64,000 nucleotides of DNA from Candidatus Poribacteria bacterium (GCA_965197475.1 CBDANF010000002.1:192001-256000), one strand, 5' to 3'; positions 9,677-21,224 are shown, numbered from the stretch's first letter. Program-made: numbers and translations. The notes: generated by a model not told the origin, from the letters alone.

Positions 9677-11344
9677 ATGAGACGTTTTGGAACACAAGGT
9701 CCAGTCAACCCTCAAGAACACTACATTGTTTCACGGTCCGAGGAAATTGCCGACTACATTGCGCGTGTTGCAGAAGGCAAATATGTCGTCCTTTTCGCAC
9801 CACGCCAAACAGGCAAAACCACCTTCTTTCAAGCTGCCTTAGAAACACTCATTGCCGGTGTTGAACCAAATACATCTGTCACACCAACCGAATCCGTTTC
9901 AAAGTTTAACTACTTCCCTATTCAACTAAATTTTGACATCTATAAAAACCTTGATCTGTCAGAGTTTTATACGCATTTGTACGAACAGATCTGTGAAAAA
10001 ATAGAAGCCGTTTTTCAAAGACGTGGTGTTGTTCCTTCTGCGGATTTAAGTCAATTCCTGGAGAACACGACTTTAACAAATCATCTCTCATTGTTGTCGT
10101 TCTTTAAACGGTTTGCGAGTTTTCTGGACTCTGAGTTTGCTGGGCAGCAAGTTGTTCTTGTTATTGACGAATTTGATGGCATCCCGCAAGTTGCAGTAAG
10201 CGATTTCCTTCATACGCTCCGTCATATTTACATTTCCGGCAAGCCGCGATGTCCCCACAGCGTTGGTATCGTCGGAGTTAAGAGTATTGCGCAGCTCAAC
10301 TACGACAGGTCTATTTCCCCTTTCAATATTCAAGACGAGTTCCATCTGCCCAATTTTACCCTTGAACAGATGCAGAAACTGCTTGGACAATATACTGACG
10401 AAATCGGACAAGTCTTCATCCCAGAAGTTATAAAGTCTATTCATAAGCAAACTGCCGGGCAACCTGTGCTTGTCAACCGATTCGCGCAGATTCTCACAGA
10501 AGAACTGGATATCCCGAAAACTGAGCCGATTATCATGGCACACTTTTCAAAGGCACACGCTCAACTGCTACATGATCGGAATACCAATATTGAGCATCTA
10601 ACAACCAATATCCGAAAGAATCCGCGCTTTGAAAACGTTCTAATGCGAATTATGGAACGTGATGAAGGTGTGGACTTCAACATGGACGATGACATCATCA
10701 GTGAACTCGCCACTTATGGTGTCATCAAAAAAGCCTCAGACGGTATGTGTGAAATCCTCAATCCGATTTATCTCTACCGCATCATGAGAACCTTTAAACC
10801 GACAGTGAATGGCTTAGAGAATCAGTACCTTCCTGGAGGTGGCGATGAGGGATTTTTCAATTATCTCAAACCCACCGGTCAGATTGATATGGAGGCGTTA
10901 CTCAATAACTTTCGAGATTTCATTGCACGGGCGGGGTTCAAGATTTTACAGGTGCCAGATACGCCACAAGAATCGGTTGGCAGACATCTCCTGCTCGCGT
11001 ATCTCGACCAGTTTGTTAAAATCGTAGGCGGTTTTATGCACATTGAAGTGCAAACCGGCAGAGGCAGAATGGACATCATTATCACCCATAACCAGCAAAA
11101 ATATATCGTAGAAACAAAAATTTGGAGAGGCGACAGTCGTTATCAAACAGGTAAAAAGCAACTTGCTGTATATCTCAACACTGAGGGAGTAAAGGAGGGA
11201 TATTACATCGTCTTTGATCATCGAGAACAACCAGAGCCACGGACAGAGACAGAAATGATAGAGGGGTTGACGATTCGGAGTTATGTTATTCCTGTGATGC
11301 AGGAGCTACCCTCAGGAATTGTAAGTACTCATAGAATGAAATAA
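9677..11344 (+). CDS. AAA-like ATPase with C-terminal PD-(D/E)xK nuclease-like domain
   Basis: APRQTGKTT (Walker A), VIDEFDG (Walker B), SPFNI, TAGQP. C-terminal GRGRMDIII...YIVETK...QL-x-x-YL. Confidence 0.8.
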   Translation: MRRFGTQGPVNPQEHYIVSRSEEIADYIARVAEGKYVVLFAPRQTGKTTFFQAALETLIAGVEPNTSVTPTESVSKFNYFPIQLNFDIYKNLDLSEFYTHLYEQICEKIEAVFQRRGVVPSADLSQFLENTTLTNHLSLLSFFKRFASFLDSEFAGQQVVLVIDEFDGIPQVAVSDFLHTLRHIYISGKPRCPHSVGIVGVKSIAQLNYDRSISPFNIQDEFHLPNFTLEQMQKLLGQYTDEIGQVFIPEVIKSIHKQTAGQPVLVNRFAQILTEELDIPKTEPIIMAHFSKAHAQLLHDRNTNIEHLTTNIRKNPRFENVLMRIMERDEGVDFNMDDDIISELATYGVIKKASDGMCEILNPIYLYRIMRTFKPTVNGLENQYLPGGGDEGFFNYLKPTGQIDMEALLNNFRDFIARAGFKILQVPDTPQESVGRHLLLAYLDQFVKIVGGFMHIEVQTGRGRMDIIITHNQQKYIVETKIWRGDSRYQTGKKQLAVYLNTEGVKEGYYIVFDHREQPEPRTETEMIEGLTIRSYVIPVMQELPSGIVSTHRMK

Positions 11345-11353
11345 AATGGTTTT

Positions 11354-14300
11354 TCAATCAATACCATGTTCTTTGCAATAGTCCCGAATAATTGGCAAAA
11401 AATCATCGGCATATTTTTCGGTTTTCTTAGGACCAACACCATGAATTCGCCTAAATGCTGTTCGGGTTTTTGGGAAATGGATTGCCATTTCTCTTAATGT
11501 CCTATTAGTGAAAATCCCTTTTCCTTCTACCTTTGCCAACTTTTTACTTTTATCCTGAAGTTGCTCAAAAAGATCATGGTCGTATTCAATTCGTTCTTTG
11601 GATGTAGCATCATTAGTATTGAGACCTTCAGTTTTGATCTCTACCGAATTTATTCCATGCTCCTCGCAATAGGTAAGGATTATAGGAAAGAAAATATCAG
11701 TATATTTTTTTAATTTCTCTGGTTCTACGTTAGACATCTGTCTAAACGATTCCTCAGATGTCGGAAAATAGGTCGCCATCGCTTGAAGTGTTTTATCGTG
11801 AAAAGTCTCGTAAACCTGATGCCTCTCTGTCTCAAAGATTTTATCTCGTTCAGCTTGTAGTAATTCAAAGAGTTCTGGAGAATGTTCATTTAGTGCTTCG
11901 GATGTGGCATCATGAGTATTCAATGTTTCAGGTGCGTCCGCTACGGAATTAATGTCTTGTTCTTTGCAATAGTCGCGGATAATCGGTAAAAAATCATCGG
12001 AGTATTTTTCAACTTTCACATCACCAACACCATTAATCTGGAGAAATGCTTCCTTTGATTGTGGTAATTTGATTGCCATCTCTTGCAATGTCTTATTGCT
12101 AAAAATGCAGTATGCCGGTAACTTTTCATGCCCTGCTAACATTGTGCGTCTTTCGCGAAGTTGGTCGTAAAGTTCAGGAGCGGATAAGTTTGAAACCTCG
12201 GATGTTGATTCATAAGTATTTACTACTTCGGTTACCTGATTTACTGTATCCACCGGAAGTCCCCAAAACATCTCTTTGTTTTTTAATACATCCCACCCTT
12301 TTTTTGTCAAACGAAGACTACCGTACCGTGAATCTCGCTCTAGCAGTTCGTGTTTAAGGAATTGATGTGCTAAATATCGCCACTGCTCCTTGTTGTACTT
12401 GCTACCTTTGCCATAGGTCTTGATTTTATCATGGTCGTTATCAAGAATCTTTTTACGCTTTGAGCCCCGTAAAATATCAACAATATATACTTCTCCGAAA
12501 ATCTGATTTGTACAGTAAACACCAGAAAGAAATTTTTGCGCTGGTTCTGTCAAGTCAACCCGCTCCATTTCAGAATTGTGGCAGTTGTCACACATTCCAC
12601 AATTCTGTATCTCGTATTCTTCCCCGAAATAGCCTAACAATTCCTTACGGCGGCACTCTGTTGAAGTCGTCCACGAAACAAGCGTTTGCAATCGTTTAAG
12701 TCGTCCTTCCCGTTCAGATGAGGCACCTTGCTCAATGAAATCGTTGATGATTTCTGCATCTTCATTATCAAATAGCAAAAGACATTCTGCTCTGATCCTA
12801 TCTCGGCCTGCACGTCCAATTTCCTGATAATAAGATTCTGGATTCTTTGGCAATCCAGCATGTAGGACAAAGCGTACATCTGCTTTGTCTATACCCATTC
12901 CAAACGCAATTGTGGCAACTATCACCCGGGTGTTGCCATTAATGAAAGCCTCTTGATTTTGCTTGCGGGTTTCACTATCAAGTCCTGCATGATAGGGCAG
13001 TGCCGAAATTCCATGTGCCACTAAATCCTGATACAGCGATTCAACTTGTTTTCTCCTTTGACAGTAGATTATACCGGAGCCGTTAGTATGCTTATTAAGA
13101 AATGTTAATGTTTGCCCAAGTAAGTCAAACCGCGGCTCAACAGCGATGAAGAGGTTTTCTCTGTCAAAACTGGTAATAAACTCGTTTTCATCAGGAATTT
13201 TTAGCAACTTCTTAATATCATCTTGAACCCGCGGAGTTGCGGTGGCCGTTAGTGCCACACAAACAGCGTTCGGAAAGCGTTGACGAATAGAGACTAATTC
13301 TCGATAATCTGGACGAAAATCGTGCCCCCACTGCGAAATACAGTGTGCTTCATCAATCGCAAGACATGACACATTTGATCTATCAAGTTTCAGCAACGTT
13401 CCAGGTTTCACCAGCGTTTCAGGAGCCATGTAAAGCAGCTTCACTTCACCCTGTTTGACACGTTGCATTGTGGTTTCTTGTTCTGAATAGCTGAGAGTGC
13501 TGTTGAAAAAGGCCGCGCGAATACCCCTCTGTTCCAACTTCATTACCTGGTCCTGCATAAGCGAAATTAGCGGTGAAACAACAACGGTCAGACCGTCAAA
13601 GATAAGTGCTGGCAATTGGTAACAGAGTGACTTTCCACCACCCGTCGGTAGAACAATCAGAGCATCCTGCCCATTGAGGATATGTTTAATAATCTCGTCC
13701 TGAAATGGGCGGAACCCTTCATGCCCAAAAACGTTTTTGAGAATTTCTAAGGAAGTTTGCGTTAAAGTTTGAGATGGAGGCAGTTTCTCTTTACGGAGAG
13801 GTTTCTGTTCTTCTTGCGTTGCTTTCTCAAAAAACCAGCCAGAAATTTGAGCGTAGCAACGTTTTTCTACTTCTGGTTTATCTTCTGGTCGCCACCAATG
13901 CGCTAGCGACACCCGCAAGAGCGTATCTGCAGGAATTATCTCAAGCGGTTCTTGAAAACCTCCGAAAGTAAATGTACAGCCTCCATTTTCTGTAGGATAA
14001 CGATACCGGGGTCTCTGTTTCTCTATATCAAGGGTGAGCGGCAGATCTGGTCTCCAAAATGTAGTGCTGTAGATTGGAATACCGTTTTGCTTGGCGATGT
14101 GCAGCCTACCGCGCTCAGTATTTTGCAATAAACCTTCATAAAGCATCCGCGGAGGTCCAATTTTCGGCGGCATTAAGAGTTCAATTGCACTTATCAGCTC
14201 TCTCGTGTCTTGCGTCCTATAAAGCCGCGACTTACTGTGCACGACAAAGTTTTCGTTATGTGGCGGAATCAGCGAAGTTTCCGGTTCACCAGTAATTTTC

Positions 14301-14449
14301 CAAATATCGCCAACCTCATATTTTCGATTAGCACCGTCATGCGGATCAGCGTTAAAAGGGATGAGTCTAACACTTTCTCCCGTCTCTGTAATTGCGCCAA
14401 TACACGCACCGCTCCCCATTCGTGTTTTCGCAACAATTAGAACTCTCAT
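11354..14449 (-). CDS. recQ: RecQ DNA helicase with an N-terminal ~210-aa dual-OB-like domain and three HRDC domains
   Basis: [52 protein letters not shown], Zn site CRR...CGMCDNC, three HRDC copies. Extra N-terminal domain begins [20 protein letters not shown]. Confidence 0.9.
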   Translation of the reverse strand: MRVLIVAKTRMGSGACIGAITETGESVRLIPFNADPHDGANRKYEVGDIWKITGEPETSLIPPHNENFVVHSKSRLYRTQDTRELISAIELLMPPKIGPPRMLYEGLLQNTERGRLHIAKQNGIPIYSTTFWRPDLPLTLDIEKQRPRYRYPTENGGCTFTFGGFQEPLEIIPADTLLRVSLAHWWRPEDKPEVEKRCYAQISGWFFEKATQEEQKPLRKEKLPPSQTLTQTSLEILKNVFGHEGFRPFQDEIIKHILNGQDALIVLPTGGGKSLCYQLPALIFDGLTVVVSPLISLMQDQVMKLEQRGIRAAFFNSTLSYSEQETTMQRVKQGEVKLLYMAPETLVKPGTLLKLDRSNVSCLAIDEAHCISQWGHDFRPDYRELVSIRQRFPNAVCVALTATATPRVQDDIKKLLKIPDENEFITSFDRENLFIAVEPRFDLLGQTLTFLNKHTNGSGIIYCQRRKQVESLYQDLVAHGISALPYHAGLDSETRKQNQEAFINGNTRVIVATIAFGMGIDKADVRFVLHAGLPKNPESYYQEIGRAGRDRIRAECLLLFDNEDAEIINDFIEQGASSEREGRLKRLQTLVSWTTSTECRRKELLGYFGEEYEIQNCGMCDNCHNSEMERVDLTEPAQKFLSGVYCTNQIFGEVYIVDILRGSKRKKILDNDHDKIKTYGKGSKYNKEQWRYLAHQFLKHELLERDSRYGSLRLTKKGWDVLKNKEMFWGLPVDTVNQVTEVVNTYESTSEVSNLSAPELYDQLRERRTMLAGHEKLPAYCIFSNKTLQEMAIKLPQSKEAFLQINGVGDVKVEKYSDDFLPIIRDYCKEQDINSVADAPETLNTHDATSEALNEHSPELFELLQAERDKIFETERHQVYETFHDKTLQAMATYFPTSEESFRQMSNVEPEKLKKYTDIFFPIILTYCEEHGINSVEIKTEGLNTNDATSKERIEYDHDLFEQLQDKSKKLAKVEGKGIFTNRTLREMAIHFPKTRTAFRRIHGVGPKKTEKYADDFLPIIRDYCKEHGID

Positions 14450-14934
14450 GGCAAAATATTTTCAACCTCCAAATTGAATGTTTCCGCCAGTTTATCTGCT
14501 ACTAATGATCGGTGACATGCCTCCGGTGCAGTTTCTACACAAAAGAGTGCCAAAATCTTTGCATCCGATTCTAATTCATCAAGCAGACTTTGCGGGTCAA
14601 ACGCATCAAGGCATTCGGTGTGATAAGCTTCAATAAACGCTTCTCCAAGTTCAGTGCGTTTACGTTTAGCCGTTTTTGTTGCTTTATCCGCCGCAGCTTG
14701 CTTTTCTCGGACGGTTTTTGTCGGCCCAAGGTCCTTTCTATGGATATATCGGATGCCAAGTTTTGCAAGACGTGCTTGCAACCGCTTGCTGTTGGCAAAT
14801 GCATAAGTTGCGCCGCGCACACCTCGTCGGCTACGAATATCGCAGAACGTATCAACCTCTGCTTTGCACAAAGCGTCAAAAAAACTGGTTTCATCAAATC
14901 CATATACACCTATAGTCACAATTTTAATCTTCAT
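14446..14934 (-). CDS. DUF488 family protein
   Basis: TIGVYG, DIRS, LFCVE-x-x-P-x-x-CHR. ATGA overlap with the RecQ start. Confidence 0.8.
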   Translation of the reverse strand: MKIKIVTIGVYGFDETSFFDALCKAEVDTFCDIRSRRGVRGATYAFANSKRLQARLAKLGIRYIHRKDLGPTKTVREKQAAADKATKTAKRKRTELGEAFIEAYHTECLDAFDPQSLLDELESDAKILALFCVETAPEACHRSLVADKLAETFNLEVENILP

Positions 14935-15494
14935 ACTGAATCAGGGCGTTTCTTCCGCGAGTGAAACGTCTCCTCCCCAAACAGATCCATCTGCCCACCC
15001 GTAATACGCTCAATAATCTGCTCCTGAGTCATCTGCTCACTGTTTTCATCAATATGAATCACAGGTAAATCCTGAGTCGTGAGGGTTGCACTAATCAGTT
15101 TACATCGATGGCAATGCTCCGGCTTCTCCTCGCTACACATAAGTGCCACGCACTGTTGTTGCAAAAAGGCGTTGTGGAGACGTTTAATACCACGCTGATA
15201 AAATTCCGCATTCTGAACTTTCTCGTAATCAACCATTCCGTTGACGTAACACGTTTCATCATCAGGTTTGCCACCGAGTGAATCTCCCATAAACACATAG
15301 CGAATACCTTGCTGTTCTAATTCATTAGCAAGCGGTTTTTTAGAGAATTCCGGTTTATAGCGTGAATACGGAACTGAACGGACATCAATGAGAAAAACAA
15401 TCTCATACTGGCGAAGCACCTCAATGAATTCCGTTATCGAACGGCTGCCATAACCTATCGTATAGATTGGGATAGTGTCTGTTGTTCTTTCCAT
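14931..15494 (-). CDS. DUF488 family protein
   Basis: IYTIGYGSR, LIDVRSVPYSRY-x-P, LGG-x-P, LMCSEEKPEHCHR. ATGA overlap with the next gene. Confidence 0.85.
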   Translation of the reverse strand: MERTTDTIPIYTIGYGSRSITEFIEVLRQYEIVFLIDVRSVPYSRYKPEFSKKPLANELEQQGIRYVFMGDSLGGKPDDETCYVNGMVDYEKVQNAEFYQRGIKRLHNAFLQQQCVALMCSEEKPEHCHRCKLISATLTTQDLPVIHIDENSEQMTQEQIIERITGGQMDLFGEETFHSRKKRPDSV

Positions 15495-15813
15495 GATAAG
15501 TAGATAATATCATATTACCCTCCAAAAAACAACTGGATTTTATTGCTCCATTTCTCCAATTAAAAAATCCTTGCTATTTTAACATAGAATCTGTTATATT
15601 AATTACATTCCTTGATTTTGTGTAGATAGCGCATTAGTTCTCCGTTTTTTCAGAACTTTTTTAGGATAATATAGTCTAATTCATAAGGATATGGTCGGAA
15701 CCGTTTCTGCTAAGCGTGTCCATATCAGGGAACTTGTGCTACGTTTTGGGGTAACTCTCAATAAATAGACAGGATTTATGACCTCAGGATTTGCCATAGA
15801 CAAAAGGTAAAAG

Positions 15814-16473
15814 ATGAAAGAGAGTTGGCAAAACCTTATTGATCTCGTTGTGAAGCCAAGTGCTACATTTGAACGTCTTAAAGCCAACCCGAAGTGGGTG
15901 ATGGCATTTGTTCTATTTTTTTCACTTTCTATCGGGTTGGCTTGGGCAAATGCGCCGTTCATAGAACGCCTCATGTTCCTACTGAAACCGGATGTCGCTA
16001 CAACAACTTCCTTCAAATCATATCTGACAAAGGGGACTGTTACAATAGTACTCTGGTGCATTATACTGAGTGTGATATTCACAATCGCAGCGCGAGTTTT
16101 CAAAATAAATCCCGCACTAAAATTTAAACATATTTATGCGGCCGTTGTGCATACGTCATTGATCGGCACCATAATATATCTAATCAATATTGGGTTGTTC
16201 CCATTTTTTAGGCAGCTTGAAGATATTAATAGACCGATTGATATGAAACTTCTCCCGGGATTACACATGTTAGCGGGATCAATCGAAAATGCACATATTC
16301 TTACGTTTCTGAGTTATATAAACCCTTTGAGTGTATGGTATATTGTTGTCTTAACAATTGCCGTTGCTATTCTCGCCGAAGTAAACCGAGTTAAGGCATG
16401 TTTTACAGCACTAATCATCTTTTTTATTAGAATTGGTACCGAGATTCTGTTTTTTTATCTGACTTTTTACTAA
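15814..16473 (+). CDS. YIP1-family membrane protein
   Basis: N-terminal KPSATFERL, about five hydrophobic segments, NPLSVW motif. Confidence 0.7.
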   Translation: MKESWQNLIDLVVKPSATFERLKANPKWVMAFVLFFSLSIGLAWANAPFIERLMFLLKPDVATTTSFKSYLTKGTVTIVLWCIILSVIFTIAARVFKINPALKFKHIYAAVVHTSLIGTIIYLINIGLFPFFRQLEDINRPIDMKLLPGLHMLAGSIENAHILTFLSYINPLSVWYIVVLTIAVAILAEVNRVKACFTALIIFFIRIGTEILFFYLTFY

Positions 16474-16630
16474 ATGTATCAATACCACAGAAATAGTTGT
16501 GAGTTAAAATAATTTTGCGAGATTAAAACACTTTTTAACTGATACCGAGAAATGTCTTCAAAATATAGGCGGATATCTGTAAGTTGCTCCAAACCTGTCT
16601 TTTGGCAGATGGGGTGAAGGAGAAAAATTA

Positions 16631-19600
16631 ATGAGTCCCAGCGAAAATTATGCAGAATTACAAGCAAAGATTTTAGACGCGCGGCGTGTGTGGAAACGCA
16701 GCCTCTTCTGGACAGGATTTGCCATTGTACTAATAGGTATCCTTGCAATTCTGGTTGGAGGATCAATTGTTGATTGGCTAATGCCGATGCCAAGTGCTGT
16801 CCGTATTGCCCTGCTTGCAGGAATTGTCGGCACAACCCTCTACCTACTTTACAAATACCTGATTCAACCGATGAGAGCCGCACTTACCCTCCGCGATGTT
16901 GCTCTCAACGTTGAACAAAGCCATCCAAACCTTGAGGATAGGCTTGTGAGTGCTGTGCAATTCGGTGCCCGCGAATCTGATGATCCAATTGAGTCGCACA
17001 TGCTTCAACGATTGCTTGAAGACACAACTCAACGGATCAAAGGGATTGATTTCAAAACAACGATTGACCACAGTCGAGCCCGGAAGTATGTCGGTATCGC
17101 AGTTTTAGTCATTGCTGCATGTGGTTTGCTTGCACTCCTGTTTCCCACAGAAATCAATACGAGCTTGATGCGAATACTTGTGCCGTGGGAAAAAACTGAC
17201 CCGATTTTAACAACCAAGGTTAAAGTTTCACCCGGCAATGCTCGTATCCTGCGTGGAAAAAGCCTGCCTATCCAAGTCATCGTTACTGGCAAATCCGCAG
17301 AAAAGGTTGTCTTGGCGTATTATGACAAAGATGCTCCGCCTACTGCAGAAAACGAAAATAGCAAACAAGAAGTCAATATGGTGCAAAACCCGAAGGATAA
17401 ACGCGGATTTGCTTATGAAATTTTCAATATTAACGCGGATATGGAATACTATGTTGTGGCTAATGAAACGACATCAGAACGCTACACAGTTGAGGTTTTC
17501 GAGATGCCGCGCATAGACAATGTTTCCGTCTCTTATACCTACCCTGAGTATACGATGCTCAAACCGGTTGTGCAGCAAGGTAGTGGGGACATTCAAGCGG
17601 TCGTCGGCAGCACAGCAGAAATCAGAATCACCGCCAATAAAACTATTCAGAAAGCAACGTTCACCCTCCAAAGTTCAGAATCTGCAGCCAAAACTGAAGA
17701 TAGTGACACGGATGAATCGGTTCCTTCAAAATCCTCAGAAATGGTCATTGCTGATGGTAACATTCTCACCACAACCTTAGAAGTCCGTGAAGATGGGAAA
17801 TATACTGTTGAACTGCTCTGTATTGATGGGTTCAATAATGAGGTGCCGATTGAATATAATATCAAAGCAATGCCGGACAACGCGCCTGAAGTGGTTATCA
17901 AAGAACCCGGACGCGATGTGAAAGCAACAAAATTGGAAGAGGTGAAAATCGTTGCTGAGGCTACGGACGACTACGGTGTTGAAAAATTAAGCTTAATGTA
18001 TCGCATCGGCGCAGGTGAATTGAAGGAGATCGTCCTTGAATCTACTGGTGAACTTACAGCGGAAGATGCTGATTTGCGATCAGGTAAACACCTCCAAGCT
18101 GGCACTTATACCTTCTATCTGGAGGAATTTGATGTTGAACCGGGCGAAGTTATCTCCTATTACGCACACGCCATCGACAATAACACGCTTACAGGACCTG
18201 GTGAAGCGAACAGTGAGATTTACTTCATAGAAATCAAACCTTTTAATCAGAGGCTCGAACAGGGTGAATCAGCTGAAGAACAACAGCAACAACAAGGTAT
18301 GCCGAACCCGTTTCTCGAATTAATGGCTTCTCAGAAGCAGATTATCCGAGAGACATGGAAGCATATTAACGCAAAACCAGATACGGTTACAGAAGAATAC
18401 AGGTCCGCAGTTAAGAAAACTAGTGAGAAGCAATCTGAACTAAAGGATAATACTCAGCGCGTGGCAGACGAGCTTAGTACTGCGATGCAAGAAATGCAGG
18501 TTGCACCAGAAGTTATGATGAACCTTGAAGAGGCAATTGCTCAGATGGGCAAGGCGAGAGATAACCTGAATGCTACCCAACCTGTAGAGGCAATGCCACC
18601 GGAACAAGCTGCACTTGAACTGCTCAATAAAGTCAATCTTGAAATCCCAAAAGTGCTGCAGCAGGCGAGATCTAGTCAGCCGCAACTCGCTGAGAACTTT
18701 GAATTGGAAATGGAAGATTTGCAAAGCGAGCTTGAACAGGATCAGGAAGAACTTGAACGAGAGATGCAGGAACAGACGCAGCAAATGTTAGACCAAGCGC
18801 GTGAAATGTTGGAACAACAGCAGAACCTAAATCAACAGAGCCAGCAGTTGGGCAGAGAAAATCAACCCTCTCCAAGCGACATGCAACAGAACAGTCAGCA
18901 GCAGGGGCAGTTGTCTCAGCAAGCGCAGCAGATGTCACAACAACTCGGTCAAATGCAAGGCAATGCGCAAGGCACACAGGAACAACGCCTGGGTCAGGCT
19001 GGACAGGCAATGCAACAAGCAGGCGAACAGATGCAACAAGCTTCGCAAGGGATGCAACAGCAGCAACCTCAGCAGAGTGCTGCTAAAGGTGAAAAGGCGG
19101 AAGACAGGCTTGAAGAAGCCATTGAACAACTTGAGAGAGCCGCCGCTGAATTCACAGATAATGCGTTAGAGAGAACTTCCCAACAACTGCAGCAGTTGAC
19201 TGAGGAGCAATCTGACGTTCAACAGCAGACGCAAGAACTAAGGGATAGGTCTCAGCAATCCGGAATGAGTCCCGAAGATTATCGCCAAGCCTCTGAACTC
19301 TCGAATCAACAACGTCAACTTCAACAGGACTTAGAGTCGCTTCAGAACAATTTGAGCGATCTTCAGGAACAACTTAGCCAAGAGAATCCGGAGGCTTCCC
19401 AAAATGTCTCAAATGCCTCAAGAAGACTTACTGAAGAACAGACTGCGGAAGATATGGCAACGGCGCAGCGTGCATTGCAATGGCGTAGTTTGCAATCCGC
19501 AGACCTGAATCAGCAAGAAGCGGTAGAGACTTTAGAGCAAGCACAAGCGGATCTTCAACAGGCAAAAGCCAATATGGCACGCACTGAAGAGGAACAACTT

Positions 19601-20155
19601 GAAGCTGCCCTGGAACAACTCCAAAACTTTGAAGAACAGATGCAAGATATACAACGTGAACTTGAAGCGATGGAGGGACAGGAACAGACAGAGGCGCAAC
19701 AAGAACGAGAACAGCAGCTTGCTGAACAACAGCAGCAGCTTCAGGAACGGATGCAACAAGCGCAGCAGGCTATGCAGAATGCACAGGAAGGGGAGCAACC
19801 CGGACAGGAAGGGCAACAACCTGCACAGAATGGACAGGAAGGGCAACAACCTGCACAGAACGGACAGGGCGAAAACGAAACTGATGTCGCACGCGGCGGG
19901 GCAGAATCCAATCGCAAAATTGAGGAATTGTGGCTCGGCATGCTTGATGCTATGCAGCCCCCTCGGACAAATCGTTCCAGACCTTTTCCGAACTATGAAC
20001 TCGCTATCCGTGATCTGAGAAAACTGGAATCCGCTTTAGAAGAACGGCTCAGTATGCTTCAAGAGAAGAAACAGTTGACACAGGTTGCGAAGGAAGACGT
20101 GCCCCCTGAATATCGCAGACTCGTTGATAACTACTACGAGTCTTTAGCGAAGTAG
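16631..20155 (+). CDS. DUF4175-like membrane-anchored protein with Ig-like domains and Gln-rich coiled coil
   Basis: N-terminal TM helices, LEDRLVSAVQF, Y-x-YP-x-YT, D-x-x-PEV...A-x-DDYGV, long Q/E-rich tail, terminal VPPEYRRLVDNYYESL. Confidence 0.7.
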   Translation: MSPSENYAELQAKILDARRVWKRSLFWTGFAIVLIGILAILVGGSIVDWLMPMPSAVRIALLAGIVGTTLYLLYKYLIQPMRAALTLRDVALNVEQSHPNLEDRLVSAVQFGARESDDPIESHMLQRLLEDTTQRIKGIDFKTTIDHSRARKYVGIAVLVIAACGLLALLFPTEINTSLMRILVPWEKTDPILTTKVKVSPGNARILRGKSLPIQVIVTGKSAEKVVLAYYDKDAPPTAENENSKQEVNMVQNPKDKRGFAYEIFNINADMEYYVVANETTSERYTVEVFEMPRIDNVSVSYTYPEYTMLKPVVQQGSGDIQAVVGSTAEIRITANKTIQKATFTLQSSESAAKTEDSDTDESVPSKSSEMVIADGNILTTTLEVREDGKYTVELLCIDGFNNEVPIEYNIKAMPDNAPEVVIKEPGRDVKATKLEEVKIVAEATDDYGVEKLSLMYRIGAGELKEIVLESTGELTAEDADLRSGKHLQAGTYTFYLEEFDVEPGEVISYYAHAIDNNTLTGPGEANSEIYFIEIKPFNQRLEQGESAEEQQQQQGMPNPFLELMASQKQIIRETWKHINAKPDTVTEEYRSAVKKTSEKQSELKDNTQRVADELSTAMQEMQVAPEVMMNLEEAIAQMGKARDNLNATQPVEAMPPEQAALELLNKVNLEIPKVLQQARSSQPQLAENFELEMEDLQSELEQDQEELEREMQEQTQQMLDQAREMLEQQQNLNQQSQQLGRENQPSPSDMQQNSQQQGQLSQQAQQMSQQLGQMQGNAQGTQEQRLGQAGQAMQQAGEQMQQASQGMQQQQPQQSAAKGEKAEDRLEEAIEQLERAAAEFTDNALERTSQQLQQLTEEQSDVQQQTQELRDRSQQSGMSPEDYRQASELSNQQRQLQQDLESLQNNLSDLQEQLSQENPEASQNVSNASRRLTEEQTAEDMATAQRALQWRSLQSADLNQQEAVETLEQAQADLQQAKANMARTEEEQLEAALEQLQNFEEQMQDIQRELEAMEGQEQTEAQQEREQQLAEQQQQLQERMQQAQQAMQNAQEGEQPGQEGQQPAQNGQEGQQPAQNGQGENETDVARGGAESNRKIEELWLGMLDAMQPPRTNRSRPFPNYELAIRDLRKLESALEERLSMLQEKKQLTQVAKEDVPPEYRRLVDNYYESLAK
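19802..19860 (+). repeat. In-frame 30-bp tandem duplication
   Basis: ggacaggaagggcaacaacctgcacagaa occurs twice (GQEGQQPAQN x2). Confidence 0.9.
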
Positions 20156-20167
20156 GCGGGTTGCATT

Positions 20168-20381
20168 CAACTATGGTGGAATATGAAATAGGTAGACACC
20201 TACTAGTAGGCGCGCTTTGATGAAGTTTAAGTATTTAAATCGGTAATCCCGATTTCCCCATGTCCGGTAGGTGCGGTTTCCTAACCGCACCGAGCATTGC
20301 TAGTAAATTACCGAATTATTTTTTTAATCTTCATTAAGCGCGCTGATCGACGGTGTATCATTAATTGTAAAATCTACTATA
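20168..20381. repeat. Nested MITE/REP-like composite element
   Basis: Outer unit is homologous to 24306-24396. A 115-bp insert (20220-20334) has ~28-bp imperfect terminal inverted repeats and contains the REP gtaggtgcggtttcctaaccgcacc. Confidence 0.7.
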
Positions 20382-20396
20382 TAATGGAGAATTACT

Positions 20397-21224
20397 ATGG
20401 TCCAACCTTTTATTGTTAAGCCCGGTAACAGCATTAGTCTGAACGGGGTTGGAAAGGGTTGTAATCCCGAACATGTCCCAGAATATACAGGGGCTTACCA
20501 AAAAAAGGCTGAAACTAAAAAGCCGTTGAAAAAACTACATAAAAAGATGCTCAAACTTCAGGAGCTGCTTTACGCGGAGAATCAACACGCGCTTCTGATT
20601 ATCTTGCAAGGCATGGATACATGCGGCAAGGACGGTACCATCAGAAAGGTGATGGCTGGTATCAACGTGCAGGGCTGCGATGTAGTTAATTTCAAAGTTC
20701 CCACAGTGGATGAGATTTCTCGAGATTTTTTGTGGCGGGCACACAAAGCGGTGCCACAGAAGGGAAAGATCGGAATTTTCAACCGTTCACATTATGAGGA
20801 TGTGCTTGTTGTCCGTGTGCATGATCTTGTGCCGCAATCGGTTAGGAAACAACGCTACCAGCAGATTAACGATTTTGAAAAAATGTTGGTAGAAAATGGA
20901 ACGATTGTTCTAAAATTTTTCCTCCACATTTCAAAGGACGAGCAGAAAGAACGGCTTGAATCTCGGATCAACGACCCTTCAAAGCATTGGAAAATCACCG
21001 AAGCCGATATTCGCGAACGCGCCTACTGGGATGATTACATGCAGGCGTATGAAACAGTTCTCCAAAAATGTAGTACCGATTGGGCACCTTGGTATATAAT
21101 CCCCGCTAATAAGAAGTGGTATCGAAATCTTGTTATCACGGAACGCATTGTTGAAACCCTTGAGGGGTTGGACATGAAATTCCCGAAACCGACATCTGAT
21201 GTGTCAATATTTTCCGTAGAATGA
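20397..21224 (+). CDS. ppk2: Polyphosphate kinase 2 family protein
   Basis: QGMDTCGKDG, FLWR, IFNRSHYEDVLV, KFFLHISKDEQ-x-x-R, APWYIIPANKKWYR. Confidence 0.95.
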   Translation: MVQPFIVKPGNSISLNGVGKGCNPEHVPEYTGAYQKKAETKKPLKKLHKKMLKLQELLYAENQHALLIILQGMDTCGKDGTIRKVMAGINVQGCDVVNFKVPTVDEISRDFLWRAHKAVPQKGKIGIFNRSHYEDVLVVRVHDLVPQSVRKQRYQQINDFEKMLVENGTIVLKFFLHISKDEQKERLESRINDPSKHWKITEADIRERAYWDDYMQAYETVLQKCSTDWAPWYIIPANKKWYRNLVITERIVETLEGLDMKFPKPTSDVSIFSVE

